Below, piece after piece: positions 18,766 to 28,952 of a stretch of DNA of 64,000 bases; within the stretch, counting starts at the first letter, position 1, and each line of letters begins with the position of its first letter. Under the pieces are notes generated by a model that saw only the letters and a list, made by a program, of their open reading frames with translations, searched no databases and had not been told where the DNA came from. The translations under genes were made by a program, and so were the position numbers. This stretch comes from Bdellovibrionota bacterium (GTDB lineage Bacteria > Bdellovibrionota_C > UBA2361 > JAAYZI01): NCBI GenBank assembly GCA_050950765.1, contig JBMNIF010000002.1:694157-758156 (forward strand), in the 5' to 3' direction.

Positions 18766-19535
18766 TGGCAGCAACGATGACCGTATTTAAAAAAGAGTTG
18801 TGGAGTTTTTTTGTTTCCCCGATAGCTTATTGTGTTGTGACGGGGTTTTTGTTGATAAGCGGATACCTCTTTTTTGCATATCTGGGCAGTTATAATATGG
18901 CGATTGTAAAACTACTTGAGTCAAACGGCTTAAGTAATGCACCTGTGACTTTGAATGAATGGGTGATAGGGAGATATTTCCACACGTTGGTATTTGTTTT
19001 AATCTTTGTAATACCACTTTTAACGATGCGCCTTTTTGCAGAGGAGCGTCGTCGTGGTACCTTTGAGATGTTGCTAACCTCCCCTATTTCAGTGACGCAG
19101 ATTGTTGTCGGAAAATATTTAGCAGTAACATCTATAACGCTCCTGATGCTTTTTTTAGCAGGAGTTTTCCCCGCTCTACTCTGTTTTAAAATGGATCCTG
19201 AAGTAGCGCCGCTAGCGGTTGGTTTTTTAGGAGTTCTTTTTTGCGGAGTTTCTTTTGTTGCGCTCTCAATGGCGGCAGCGTGCTTTTCAGAAAATCAGAT
19301 CATTGCTGGCATCTTGGGTTCAACGGTACTCCTTTTATTGTATGTAATCTTTTCACCTGCACCGTCACTCGGAGCGACGGCAGAGTTGATCTTAAAATAT
19401 ATCTCTCCAGGTTGGCAGGTTGATGCTTTTATAAAGGGAATTCTTTCGATAAAGGGGTGTGTCTATTTTATAACGCTGACTTTATTCGGACTAATTATTA
19501 CAAAACGTATCCTTGATACGGAACGGTGGCGTTAA
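18765..19535 (+). CDS. ABC-2 family permease (GldF-like)
   Basis: 256-aa hydrophobic protein with about 6 predicted helices; start overlaps the ATPase stop (ATGA). Confidence 0.75.
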   Translation: MAATMTVFKKELWSFFVSPIAYCVVTGFLLISGYLFFAYLGSYNMAIVKLLESNGLSNAPVTLNEWVIGRYFHTLVFVLIFVIPLLTMRLFAEERRRGTFEMLLTSPISVTQIVVGKYLAVTSITLLMLFLAGVFPALLCFKMDPEVAPLAVGFLGVLFCGVSFVALSMAAACFSENQIIAGILGSTVLLLLYVIFSPAPSLGATAELILKYISPGWQVDAFIKGILSIKGCVYFITLTLFGLIITKRILDTERWR

Positions 19536-19555
19536 AGGGGGAGATAGGAAAAGCT

Positions 19556-21148
19556 ATGTCAAAAGAGAAAAGATCAACTTTTGCTGCTGTCTTAGGATCT
19601 GTTCTGATTGGATACGGTTTATTTGTTGCGATTATAAAGGGAAGCTTTTCTGGGGCTTTCGTGTGGCTGCACGTTGGATGTGGCGTTCTTTCCCTTCTTT
19701 TGTGGTTTTTAAAGGGGGGAGCTTATGCTGTAAAAGAGAGCAAGTCTGTTACAGCTTTAAAAAGGAGAGTAAGGGGTGCTTTACACGTCTGTTTTGATGT
19801 ATTGGTGGTACTACTCATCCTTGTATGTATAAATATCATAGCGAATCGTTATGATAGACGTCTTGATACAACAGAAGCTAAAGTTAATAGCCTTGTGCCG
19901 GAAACAGTGCAGGTAATCGATCAAATTCGTCATCCCGTCCATATCACAGCTGTAATAGGTCCGAACGATCGTGCGGAGAGAGAGAGCACAGGAAATTTGC
20001 TTGAGCTGTACAGGCGGCAAAAACGGGACTTTATTACTTATGAGATAATAGATCCTAGAAAAAATCCGCACCGTGTGGAGAAAGAGCTTAAGCTTAAAGC
20101 AGGAGAGACTCTTGCCATAGAGTATAGAAGAGATGGACAGACAGATATTGCGCGGGCTACGGGAGCTTCAGAGAATGTCATTACAAATGCTTTGGTGAAG
20201 CTTATTAGTGGCGAAGCAAAGAAGCTCTATTATGTAGTTGGACACGGAGAGCCACGTCTTGATAAGAGCACGCCTGAAGGGATGAAAGGAGTTTATGAAG
20301 CTCTTACAGAGCTTGGTTATAATGTTAGCACGATAGTGTTAGCAGAACATTCTGAGATTCCGAAAGATGGTGTGGGGGTGCTATTTGTAGCTCCGCAATA
20401 TCCGATCTTGCCTAATGAAACTGAGATATTAAAGCGTTATTTGGAGGATGGCGGTGGAGTAGTTGTCTTAGCAGATCCAGATGTTTCAGAGGAGTTGAGA
20501 TCTTTTACTACTGAGTTCGGAATAGAGATCGGACGAGATGTTATCTTAGATAAGATGCAAGGTCTGCAAGGTGCACCGGAAGTTGGCTGGCAGATCGTTG
20601 CTCGTGAATACGGTTATCATCCGATTACGCAGCATCTCGGTAATGGAGATTATACCGTTTATCTTACTGCTTCTACCGTCTCTTTAATGGAGCCTGAAAA
20701 ACGTAAGCCAACTTCGGAATACACTCCATTAGTTTTAACTAAAAGTATCACTGCTTGGGCGGAAACAGATTTAGCACTCCTCTTTAGTGAAAAACCGCAA
20801 GCGTTATTAGATCCGCAAAGTGATAAGTTGCCGCCACTGGCAATAGCTGTTGCTTATGAACACAGGATCTCTGAAAAAAGAGGTTCTCGCATGGTGGTTT
20901 TCGGTGATAGTAATTGGGTGCGTAACGCTAATTTAAATATTTACGGGAATAAAAACCTCTTTTTAAATACAGTAAATTGGGTGACGCAAGAGAAGAATAC
21001 TCTTGTGATACCAACGCGTGAGATGCGTCAAAACAATCAATTAATATCTCAAGGTGATTTTAATAAGATGGTGGTGATGGGGCTCCTTTTATCAGAGGTG
21101 ATTTTAATAATGGGGCTAGCGATCTGTAGAAGACGAAAGAGATTTTAA
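19556..21148 (+). CDS. GldG-like ABC-transporter auxiliary protein
   Basis: N- and C-terminal membrane anchors flanking a large soluble domain (...YYVVGHGEPRLDKSTPEGMKGVYEAL...VVVLADPD...). The gene order ATPase-permease-GldG-like matches gldA/gldF/gldG-type loci. Start placed at the ATG with a GGGGGAG RBS; the track ORF begins at a GTG at 19526. Confidence 0.6.
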   Translation: MSKEKRSTFAAVLGSVLIGYGLFVAIIKGSFSGAFVWLHVGCGVLSLLLWFLKGGAYAVKESKSVTALKRRVRGALHVCFDVLVVLLILVCINIIANRYDRRLDTTEAKVNSLVPETVQVIDQIRHPVHITAVIGPNDRAERESTGNLLELYRRQKRDFITYEIIDPRKNPHRVEKELKLKAGETLAIEYRRDGQTDIARATGASENVITNALVKLISGEAKKLYYVVGHGEPRLDKSTPEGMKGVYEALTELGYNVSTIVLAEHSEIPKDGVGVLFVAPQYPILPNETEILKRYLEDGGGVVVLADPDVSEELRSFTTEFGIEIGRDVILDKMQGLQGAPEVGWQIVAREYGYHPITQHLGNGDYTVYLTASTVSLMEPEKRKPTSEYTPLVLTKSITAWAETDLALLFSEKPQALLDPQSDKLPPLAIAVAYEHRISEKRGSRMVVFGDSNWVRNANLNIYGNKNLFLNTVNWVTQEKNTLVIPTREMRQNNQLISQGDFNKMVVMGLLLSEVILIMGLAICRRRKRF

Positions 21149-21150
21149 CG

Positions 21151-22554
21151 ATGAATACGGCTACAAAAAAAAGTTTTCTTTTAGGGGTGTGCGCTGCTGC
21201 GCTGCTGGGGTATGTAGCATTTTTTGTCTTAAGTCCTGAACCGATGTCAGATGAAGGATTTATATTTGCAGGAGTGGATCGGGAGGAGATTGAGAAGATC
21301 TCTATTGAAAGTGAGTTCGGTGCATATACATTTGTTAATCCATATCCGAAAGAATTACCTGATCGTGGGACGCAAGATATGGAGCTTGATCCAGAAATCT
21401 TATTAACGTGGCAATTAGAAGATGTACCAACTGCGCGTTTAAATACCACCGAGTTAAACTCTCTTATTATAAATGTTTTACAAACGCGTGTACTAAATCC
21501 ACTTACTCCGCAGGAAGACCTTTCGATGTATGGTTTAGATATACCTGGTGTAAGAATAGCTGTAAAATATCTGGGAGGTAGCCACGTTATTGAGATCGGC
21601 GATAGGTCGGAATTTGTTGGGACGTATTTTGCATTACTGGACGGTAAGGCTCTCTTTATGGTGGAAGATAGGTTGATTAAGGCAGCTCTTAAACCTGTTA
21701 CTGAATTTAGAGACCTTGAAATCTTACAGAAAAGAGAGGGCGAGGTACGTGAAATAAAGATCGTTAGAGATTTAACGCATCAGATCGTATTAAGACGTGA
21801 TGCCGATGGTTGGAATATCTACGAGCCTGATTTTTATCCTTGTGATCAAGGTGCTGTTCAAACGCTTTTAAAATCCCTGTTTTTATTAACAACGAAGAGT
21901 TTTTTTGAGATAGAACACAACCCACTGGATAGTGCTGGATTGGAAAACCCTGCGATTAAGTTTGTAGTGAATGATGGTCTAGGACGACGTATCTTAATGC
22001 TTTCTGATGTGCCTTCAGATACCCTTAGATACAATCTTTTTGCTTATATTGAGGGAGAGCCTTCTCTCTCTCTAGTAGATAAAGGTAGTATCGGAACATT
22101 TCCTCTTTCACTTTTTGCTTTAAGAAAAAAACGGTTTGTTTCTTTTAATCCAGAAGATATCTCTACTGTCTCCCTTGAAATGGTGGGACGAATGCCGCTT
22201 AGTCTTGAAAGATCTACTGAAGGGTGGAAGGTTAACGGCTTTGAAGGGGATACGCCCTTTATTGAAAAGTTTTTAAAAGACCTTAGTCAGATGGAAGCTG
22301 CAGAGTTCCCTGATTATGGTGAGATGGTTAGCTTTGAGCATCCCCGTTTACGCTTAGTGCTTAAGAAAAAAGACGGCAGGGAGTTGATTGTGCTTGTTGC
22401 TAAACAATTGAAAGTTCTTTCTCCGCAAGAAACGCAATATTTTGTGATGGGTGCAGATGTAAGTGAGCCTTATTTAATAGATGCGCGAACTTTTCGTGCT
22501 ATTAGCCCTTCTGCTGAAATGCTTTCTGTAGTTATTCCGATTCAAGAGGAGTAG
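21151..22554 (+). CDS. Hypothetical protein, probably the DUF4340-type partner often found after gldG-like genes
   Basis: N-terminal membrane anchor (LLGVCAAALLGYVAFFVL) and a 440-aa soluble domain. Assignment rests on position and architecture, not on a motif. Confidence 0.45.
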   Translation: MNTATKKSFLLGVCAAALLGYVAFFVLSPEPMSDEGFIFAGVDREEIEKISIESEFGAYTFVNPYPKELPDRGTQDMELDPEILLTWQLEDVPTARLNTTELNSLIINVLQTRVLNPLTPQEDLSMYGLDIPGVRIAVKYLGGSHVIEIGDRSEFVGTYFALLDGKALFMVEDRLIKAALKPVTEFRDLEILQKREGEVREIKIVRDLTHQIVLRRDADGWNIYEPDFYPCDQGAVQTLLKSLFLLTTKSFFEIEHNPLDSAGLENPAIKFVVNDGLGRRILMLSDVPSDTLRYNLFAYIEGEPSLSLVDKGSIGTFPLSLFALRKKRFVSFNPEDISTVSLEMVGRMPLSLERSTEGWKVNGFEGDTPFIEKFLKDLSQMEAAEFPDYGEMVSFEHPRLRLVLKKKDGRELIVLVAKQLKVLSPQETQYFVMGADVSEPYLIDARTFRAISPSAEMLSVVIPIQEE

Positions 22555-22559
22555 TTCTT

Positions 22560-25016
22560 ATGTTGAAAAAGATCTTTGTAGTGTTAGTTATCCTCGGAGT
22601 GTTGGGAAGTGTTGTGCTCGGAATCGGTCTTGTTTGGGGGTATCACTATTTTACGAGAGACCTGCCGAAGTTTACCAGTATGGAAGATTATAAACCTGCT
22701 GCTGCTTCCTTAATGTATTCGAATGACGGCACCTTAGTTGGTGAGTTTTATCTACCATCTGAAAGACGGTATCCTGTACCGCTTTCTGAAATCCCATTAT
22801 TTGTTAGACAAGCTTTTCTTGGAGCTGAAGACGCTTCTTTCTATAAACATCCAGGCATTGATCCCGTTAGTATTTTACGTGCTTTTATTAAAAACGTTAA
22901 AACAGGTTCTTCAAAGCAGGGGGGAAGTACAATTACACAACAGGTCGTGAAAAACCTTCTTTTAACTCGTGAGAAAAGTTTAGAAAGAAAGATTAAGGAG
23001 GCGATTTTAGCTTATAGAATTGAACACCGCTTAAGCAAAGATCAGATCTTGGAGATCTACTTAAATCAGATCACCTTTGGACATAACACCTTTGGTGTAA
23101 AAGCTGCTGCGAAAGTTTACTTTCGAAAAGAGTTAAATGAATTAACTTTAGCAGAAGCTGCTATCTTAGCCGGATTGCCAAAGGCTCCTTCAAAATACTC
23201 TCCACTTAGAAATTTTGCTGCTGCTAAGAGAAGGCAGAAGTATGTTTTAGGTCAGATGCTTAAAGCCGGATTTGTTACTGATCCGAAAGAGATAGAAGAT
23301 GCTTATAAGCAGGAGTTGAAGGTTTATTCAGATTCGAAGAGTCGCTTAATGCGGGCGCCGTATTACATTGATGCTATTCAAAAAGTTTTTGCAGAAGAGT
23401 GGAAGGAGCTTGATCTGGAGCGGGATGGGTTAAAGGTTTATACGGCATTAGATCTAGATGCGTATGATTCCTCTGTGCGCGCTATGCAGAGAGGGCTTAA
23501 AGAAGTTGATAAGAGGCGTGGCTGGCGTGGTCCTCTAGAATATCTTTCTGAAGATGCAGAAGCTACCTTTGCTAAAAAATATGCGAGTCGCATTCCTACT
23601 GTATTAAAGCAGGATACGGTTTATCCCGCTTTAGTTGTCTCTGCTGCAAATAAAAACGGCAGATTACACCTTAAGCTTGGTACAGTTAATGGTGTTGTTG
23701 ATATTAAGAAAGCCACTTGGGCGAGGGTTATGATCGATAAAAACGATCGCACAAAGGGTATTAGACCTGAAAACTCTTTACGTGCTGGAGATGTGATAGA
23801 GGTTTCATTTCTAGCAGATGACTTAAAAAAATATTACGATAATAAAAATCCGACGGCGTTATTAGAAGCAGCTCTTGATCAAACGCCTGATATTGAAGGC
23901 GCTTTGGTGGCTTTAGATCCGCATAGTGGCAAGGTTGTAACGGTAGTTGGTGGGTATGATTATGATTATCAACGTAGCGTTTTTAATCGAGCCATTCAGG
24001 CACATCGGCAACCTGGTTCTGTTTTTAAACCGATCGTATATTTTACTGCGATTGATCGTCACGGCTATACTCCTGCTACAATAGTTTATGATACTCCTAA
24101 AACTTTTCAGATTGGGGATCAGGTTTGGACACCTGGAAATTATGAAAAGAACTTCCTCGGACCCATTACATTACGAACTGCTTTGCAAAAATCGAGGAAC
24201 CTTGTCTCTGCTGATATCGTTTACAAAATTGGGGTTGATGATGTGATTAGAACGGCTAAACAGTTGGGGATTACCAGTCCGATCGGTCGTAATTTATCAA
24301 TCTCTTTAGGGAGTAGTGAAGTTTCTGTTCTTGAACTAACACGTGCCTACGGTGTTTTTGCTGCTGGTGGAGTGCTTTTCCCAAGTGTGTTTGTAACGCG
24401 TATTGAAGATAGAAACGGCAAAGTTATCTTTGATTATAATGCCGAGCGCTTAAAGTTGGCAAAACGTGTTATCGATGAAAATAGCGCTTTTATTATGGCG
24501 CATATGATGAAGGGTGTCGTTGAAAACGGTACGGGTTACCGTGTTAAAGCTTTGGGGCGTCCGACAGCGGGAAAGACAGGAACTACTAACCATTTTATGG
24601 ATGCTTGGTTTGTCGGGTATACTCCTGATTGGGCTTGTGGAGTTTGGGCAGGATTTGATGAAAAGAAAACGATTAAAGCAGGGGAGACGGGTGGACGTGT
24701 TTCAGCACCGATCTGGTTGTACTTTATGACGGACTTTTTGGCAAAACAGGATGCTTTGGCTTATGAAAAGTTAGTGGAGGAGTCAAAACAGGAAGCTGCT
24801 CGTTTAGGAGTGGAGTATGATAAGCCGGAGCCTTTAAAGCCGCGTGATTTTGATGTACCGGACGGAGTAGATCCGTATTGGGTTACAAAGGATGGCGAAT
24901 TAACAACTCCTTCTACTCCAGGGGCTATCCTTGAGTATTTTAGAAAAGATGCACCACCACAGCGACGTGAACAGAAGCAGCAAGAGGCTGATTATTGGAA
25001 CTCTCCGGAATTGTAA
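22560..25016 (+). CDS. mrcA: Class A penicillin-binding protein 1A (bifunctional transglycosylase/transpeptidase)
   Basis: Glycosyltransferase motifs ...FLGAEDASFYKHPGIDP... and ...GGSTITQQVVKN...; transpeptidase motifs ...SVFKPIVY... (SxxK), ...SRN..., ...KTGTT.... Confidence 0.9.
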   Translation: MLKKIFVVLVILGVLGSVVLGIGLVWGYHYFTRDLPKFTSMEDYKPAAASLMYSNDGTLVGEFYLPSERRYPVPLSEIPLFVRQAFLGAEDASFYKHPGIDPVSILRAFIKNVKTGSSKQGGSTITQQVVKNLLLTREKSLERKIKEAILAYRIEHRLSKDQILEIYLNQITFGHNTFGVKAAAKVYFRKELNELTLAEAAILAGLPKAPSKYSPLRNFAAAKRRQKYVLGQMLKAGFVTDPKEIEDAYKQELKVYSDSKSRLMRAPYYIDAIQKVFAEEWKELDLERDGLKVYTALDLDAYDSSVRAMQRGLKEVDKRRGWRGPLEYLSEDAEATFAKKYASRIPTVLKQDTVYPALVVSAANKNGRLHLKLGTVNGVVDIKKATWARVMIDKNDRTKGIRPENSLRAGDVIEVSFLADDLKKYYDNKNPTALLEAALDQTPDIEGALVALDPHSGKVVTVVGGYDYDYQRSVFNRAIQAHRQPGSVFKPIVYFTAIDRHGYTPATIVYDTPKTFQIGDQVWTPGNYEKNFLGPITLRTALQKSRNLVSADIVYKIGVDDVIRTAKQLGITSPIGRNLSISLGSSEVSVLELTRAYGVFAAGGVLFPSVFVTRIEDRNGKVIFDYNAERLKLAKRVIDENSAFIMAHMMKGVVENGTGYRVKALGRPTAGKTGTTNHFMDAWFVGYTPDWACGVWAGFDEKKTIKAGETGGRVSAPIWLYFMTDFLAKQDALAYEKLVEESKQEAARLGVEYDKPEPLKPRDFDVPDGVDPYWVTKDGELTTPSTPGAILEYFRKDAPPQRREQKQQEADYWNSPEL

Positions 25017-25033
25017 GAGCCTCTTCTTTTATA

Positions 25034-25163
25034 AAGGGTTGAGGTAGTGATTTTAAGTAGTGATCTAAAAAAAGGGTAAAGGCTTGAAATACTGACTTTA
25101 AGTAGTATTTTGAGAAAGGGTAAAGGTTTGAGGTAATGACTTTAAGTAGTGATCTGGAAAAAA
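25034..25163. repeat. Tandem direct repeat, about 43-47-bp unit, 3 copies, third copy containing the gatC start codon
   Basis: AGGGT(T/A)(G/A)AGG..TGA(T/C)TTTAAGTAGT(G/A)(A/T)T(C/T)T...AAAAA occurs three times; copies 1 and 2 carry start-less versions of the gatC 5' end (GTGATTTTAAGTAGTGATCT / CTGACTTTAAGTAGTATTTT versus ATGACTTTAAGTAGTGATCT). Confidence 0.7.
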
Positions 25164-25426
25164 GCGCACGTTCGGCACGACTAGGTGTTAATGAAGCGGA
25201 ACTGAAGGCATTGAAAGAGGATGTTGCTAAGATCCTTGAATACGTTAAAGAGCTTGAAGAGTACGACCTCTCTGAAGTAGAGCCGCTTTATTATGTGCAT
25301 GAACAGTGTAATGTTTTACGTGAAGATGTTGCCGCTACTCCGCTCTCGAGAGAGGATGTTTTAAAAAATGCCCCTGATACAGACACCGTTTATTTTCGTG
25401 TGCCATTAATTATGGAACAGAAGTAA
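25136..25426 (+). CDS. gatC: Asp-tRNA(Asn)/Glu-tRNA(Gln) amidotransferase subunit C
   Basis: 96 aa; ...ARLGVNEAELKALKEDVAKILEYVKELEEYDLSEVEPLYY... is typical of GatC; immediately followed by gatA and gatB. Confidence 0.85.
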   Translation: MTLSSDLEKSARSARLGVNEAELKALKEDVAKILEYVKELEEYDLSEVEPLYYVHEQCNVLREDVAATPLSREDVLKNAPDTDTVYFRVPLIMEQK

Positions 25427-25431
25427 GTGCT

Positions 25432-26886
25432 ATGCTGAAACTTACGCAGTTAACATTAAAACAGTTACGTAACGGCTTAGATAAAAGAGAGTTTTCTGCA
25501 AAAGATCTTATTCAAGTAACGCTAGCTGCGATCTCTGAGAAGAGTGATTTAAATGCGTTTATTACCGTTTGTGATGATGAGGCTTTAGCTGCAGCAGCAG
25601 AGGCTGATAGAAAAATTAAAAGGGGAGAGTCTACTCCGTTACTTGGAATTCCTGTGGGGGTAGAAGATCGGATTATGACTAAAGGTATCAGAACTACCTG
25701 CGGTAGTAAGTTACTACGATCTTTTATCCCTCCTTATGATGCTACGGTGGTGCGGAGGCTTTTGGAGGCGGGTGCCATAATAATAGGTAAGAGTAATTTA
25801 GATGAATTCTCAATGGGGTCTTCTGGAGAAAACAGTGCTTTCGGTGTTGTAAAAAATCCGTGGAATAAAAGTTGTGTAGCGGGAGGAAGTAGTGGTGGCG
25901 CTGCAGTAGCAGCACAACTTGTGCCTGCGGTAGTAGCTACTGATACGGGAGGGGGGCTTAGGCAAGCGGCGGCGTTTTGTGGAGTGTACGGTTTGAGACC
26001 GACTTACGGTAGAATTAGTCGTTATGGTGTTGCAGCTTTTGCCTCGTCATTAGATCAGGTCGGTGTTTTATCAAAAAGAGTAGAAGATTTAGGAATAATA
26101 ACTACCTTAATAGCGGGTTATGATAGCCGTGATGCTACATCTATGGATGTAAAAGTTCCTGAGTTCTCACCTCCCTTTGATTGTGGTTTAGACGGCGTTA
26201 CTATCGGTGTGCCGCAGGAATATTTTTCTTCTCTTGTGGAGAGTGAAGTTTTAGAAAAAGTTAAAGTTGCGATCAATCGTTTTGAAGAGTTGGGCGCAAA
26301 GGTTGTTTATTTAAAATTAGAACATACTACATCTGCTCTTTCTGCATATTACGTGATCTCTTCCGCAGAAGGTGCTTCAAACCTAAGTCGTTTTGATGGA
26401 GTGCGTTATGGGGAGCGTGTAGCGGGATCTGATTTAGAAGAGATGTATTTGAAAACTCGTTCTGAAGGTTTTGGATCGGAAGTTAAACGGAGGATCTTAT
26501 TTGGGACTTATGTTTTATCTAAAGAGTGTCGCTCGCGTTATTATTTACAAGCGCAGAAGATGCGACGTTTAGTGTTAGATGATTTTAAAAAAGCTTTTAC
26601 TCAGTGTGATCTCCTTATTACGCCTGTTACTCCGAGTGGTGTTTTTAAAATAGGTCAAAAAACATCAGATCCTTTAAGTATGTATCTGAATGATGCTTTT
26701 ACTGCGCCTGTAAGTTTGGCAGGTTTACCGGCTTTAGGTATTCCGTGTGGAGTTGATAGTGCAAAGCTACCTATTGGGATGCAGTTGATCGCAGATTATT
26801 GGTGTGAAGAGTTGTTGCTTAAGGTAGCAGCTACTTATCAGAAGGTAATGGATGTGTGGGGAGGTGGAGGTAAAGGTACTAAATAA
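25432..26886 (+). CDS. gatA: Asp-tRNA(Asn)/Glu-tRNA(Gln) amidotransferase subunit A
   Basis: Amidase-signature protein (...GGSSGGAAVAAQLVPAVVATDTGGG...; ...GIPVGVEDRIMTKGIRTTCGSKLL...), 484 aa. Confidence 0.9.
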   Translation: MLKLTQLTLKQLRNGLDKREFSAKDLIQVTLAAISEKSDLNAFITVCDDEALAAAAEADRKIKRGESTPLLGIPVGVEDRIMTKGIRTTCGSKLLRSFIPPYDATVVRRLLEAGAIIIGKSNLDEFSMGSSGENSAFGVVKNPWNKSCVAGGSSGGAAVAAQLVPAVVATDTGGGLRQAAAFCGVYGLRPTYGRISRYGVAAFASSLDQVGVLSKRVEDLGIITTLIAGYDSRDATSMDVKVPEFSPPFDCGLDGVTIGVPQEYFSSLVESEVLEKVKVAINRFEELGAKVVYLKLEHTTSALSAYYVISSAEGASNLSRFDGVRYGERVAGSDLEEMYLKTRSEGFGSEVKRRILFGTYVLSKECRSRYYLQAQKMRRLVLDDFKKAFTQCDLLITPVTPSGVFKIGQKTSDPLSMYLNDAFTAPVSLAGLPALGIPCGVDSAKLPIGMQLIADYWCEELLLKVAATYQKVMDVWGGGGKGTK

Positions 26887-26969
26887 AAAAGTATTGTTAT
26901 TATGGCGGCTACTTTATTAGAAGATAGTGTGGTGCTAAAGGAGGCAAAAAATTTGGGTAGTGACTGTAA

Positions 26970-28397
26970 ATGGAATATGAAACAGTTATAGGTTTAGAGG
27001 TTCATATACAACTTTTAACGCAAAGTAAGGCTTTTAGTGCAGCTGCAGCGAGTTTTTGTATAAAACCGAATACGGAGGTTGATGAAGCTTCGTTAGGGTT
27101 AGCGGGGGCGCTCCCTGTTATAAACTCTAAGGTGTTACGTTATGCTATTATGTTGGGACTTGCTACGAAGTGTAGTATTAGAGAGGTGAGTCGTTTTGCT
27201 AGGAAACACTACTTTTATCCGGACCTCCCGAAGGGTTATCAGATCTCGCAATTTGAGGAGCCTATCTGTGAAAATGGAGATCTTGTAATTAGATATAATG
27301 GAGAGGAGCGGGCGATCGGCATTCGTCGTATTCATATAGAGGAGGATGCTGGTAAGAATATTCATGATAAGGAGGGGGGAGTTTCACTCCTTGATTTTAA
27401 TCGTGTTGGAGTACCACTCTTGGAGGTTGTTTCAGAACCTGACCTCTCAACCCCTGCAGAAGCTGCTGAATATTTAAGAACGCTTAGGCAGCTAGTGCGT
27501 TATCTTGCTATCAGTGACGGCAATATGGAGGAGGGGAGTTTACGGTGTGATGCCAATATCTCTCTTCGTCCTAAAGGTGAAAAAAAATTCGGAGTAAGAA
27601 CCGAGATAAAAAACGTTAATTCATTCCGTTTTGTTGAAAAGGCTTTGGAGTATGAAGTTTTAAGGCAGAGAGGTATCCTTGAAAAGGGTGGTGTTGTAAA
27701 GCAGGAGACACGTTGGTTTGATAGTGTCACCTCTAAAACTTATCCGTTACGGAGTAAGGAGGAGGCTGCTGATTATCGTTATATGATAGACCCTGATCTA
27801 CCACCATTAAAGGTTTCAGAAGAGTTTATTTCTCAAGTCCTTGCTGAATTACCACAACTGCCGCAGGAGTATCTGGAGTTATTAACTAAAGAGCACGGCT
27901 TAAGTGAGTATGATGCCGCTTTACTTACGAGTGAGAAGGGGATCGTTCGTTATTATCAAGATGTTGTGGCAAGTTGTCATAATCCGAAAGTAGCTTGTAA
28001 CTGGATTACGGGAGAGCTTTTTGCGTTACTTAAGAAAAACGGTTTGGAGATAGAGGGTTCTCCTATCTCTGCAGCGCACTTAGGAGAGTTAATCTTATTA
28101 GTGGAGAGGGGGGAGATTAGTGGAAAAACGGCTAAGTTTGTTTTTGAAGAGATGGCGCAAAGTGGAGAATCTCCAGAAAGTATCGTTACAAAAAAAGGTT
28201 TGCGGCAGATCACTAACACACTTGAACTGCAAGAGATCGTGCAGGGAGTTTTAGAGGAGAATCCTCGTCAATGGGCAGAGTATAGAGCAGGTAGTGAGAA
28301 GCTTCTTACGTTTTTTATTGGACTTGTTTTGCGTGCCTGTAAAGGGCGTGCCAATCCAGAGGTGGTGAAAAAAATGTTGCAAGATTTGGCTAAATAA
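26970..28397 (+). CDS. gatB: Asp-tRNA(Asn)/Glu-tRNA(Gln) amidotransferase subunit B
   Basis: N-terminus MEYETVIGLEVHIQLLTQSKAFS... and ...RCDANISLRPKGEKKFGVRTEIKNVNSFRF... are typical of GatB; 475 aa. Confidence 0.9.
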   Translation: MEYETVIGLEVHIQLLTQSKAFSAAAASFCIKPNTEVDEASLGLAGALPVINSKVLRYAIMLGLATKCSIREVSRFARKHYFYPDLPKGYQISQFEEPICENGDLVIRYNGEERAIGIRRIHIEEDAGKNIHDKEGGVSLLDFNRVGVPLLEVVSEPDLSTPAEAAEYLRTLRQLVRYLAISDGNMEEGSLRCDANISLRPKGEKKFGVRTEIKNVNSFRFVEKALEYEVLRQRGILEKGGVVKQETRWFDSVTSKTYPLRSKEEAADYRYMIDPDLPPLKVSEEFISQVLAELPQLPQEYLELLTKEHGLSEYDAALLTSEKGIVRYYQDVVASCHNPKVACNWITGELFALLKKNGLEIEGSPISAAHLGELILLVERGEISGKTAKFVFEEMAQSGESPESIVTKKGLRQITNTLELQEIVQGVLEENPRQWAEYRAGSEKLLTFFIGLVLRACKGRANPEVVKKMLQDLAK

Positions 28398-28634
28398 ACA
28401 CGTATCTTCTATTATTTCACGTTGAGAAAAACGCTTCCAGACTTGTTTTTAGTAGATTAAATAGGTAGATACGTCTTAGGAAAAGAGAGTTTTTACTCAA
28501 ACTTACGAGCTTTTTGGAGTTTTTAGCTAAAAGCTTTTAAAAACTGCCTTAACTTGGAAGTAGGAAAAAGGAGTTTTACTCCTCTTATTATTCTTTAAGA
28601 AAGCCTGTCTCTATGGGGGAGGTGGGTAGATAGC

Positions 28635-28952
28635 TTGGAAGAGCCTTACACGATGCCGCTTGATGTTGTGGAAATAACCGCTGTTGATGATGAAACTTCT
28701 GTTATATGTTTAGAGTTACCACCGTCTAAGGTGGTTATCTTACAAGGGGCTTTTGAGCTATTGGAGGGGATCGGCATATTAAGGACTCTCGATACTGAGA
28801 GAGCTTTAATCTGTGTGATTACCACACCGAGTCTTGTGCGGGAGTGCGTGGATGTGCTTAATGCGTTACAAGAGGCGGTGTTATGGCGCGTTGCAGAGGT
28901 GCCGCCAGATGTAACATTTCTAGGTGATTTTGAGAAGGATTGTTATGATTAA
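28635..28952 (+). CDS. Hypothetical small protein (105 aa)
   Basis: ORF with a GGAGGTG RBS about 10 nt upstream of a TTG start; no recognisable motif. Its 3' end overlaps the PpiD-like gene start. Confidence 0.4.
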   Translation: MEEPYTMPLDVVEITAVDDETSVICLELPPSKVVILQGAFELLEGIGILRTLDTERALICVITTPSLVRECVDVLNALQEAVLWRVAEVPPDVTFLGDFEKDCYD

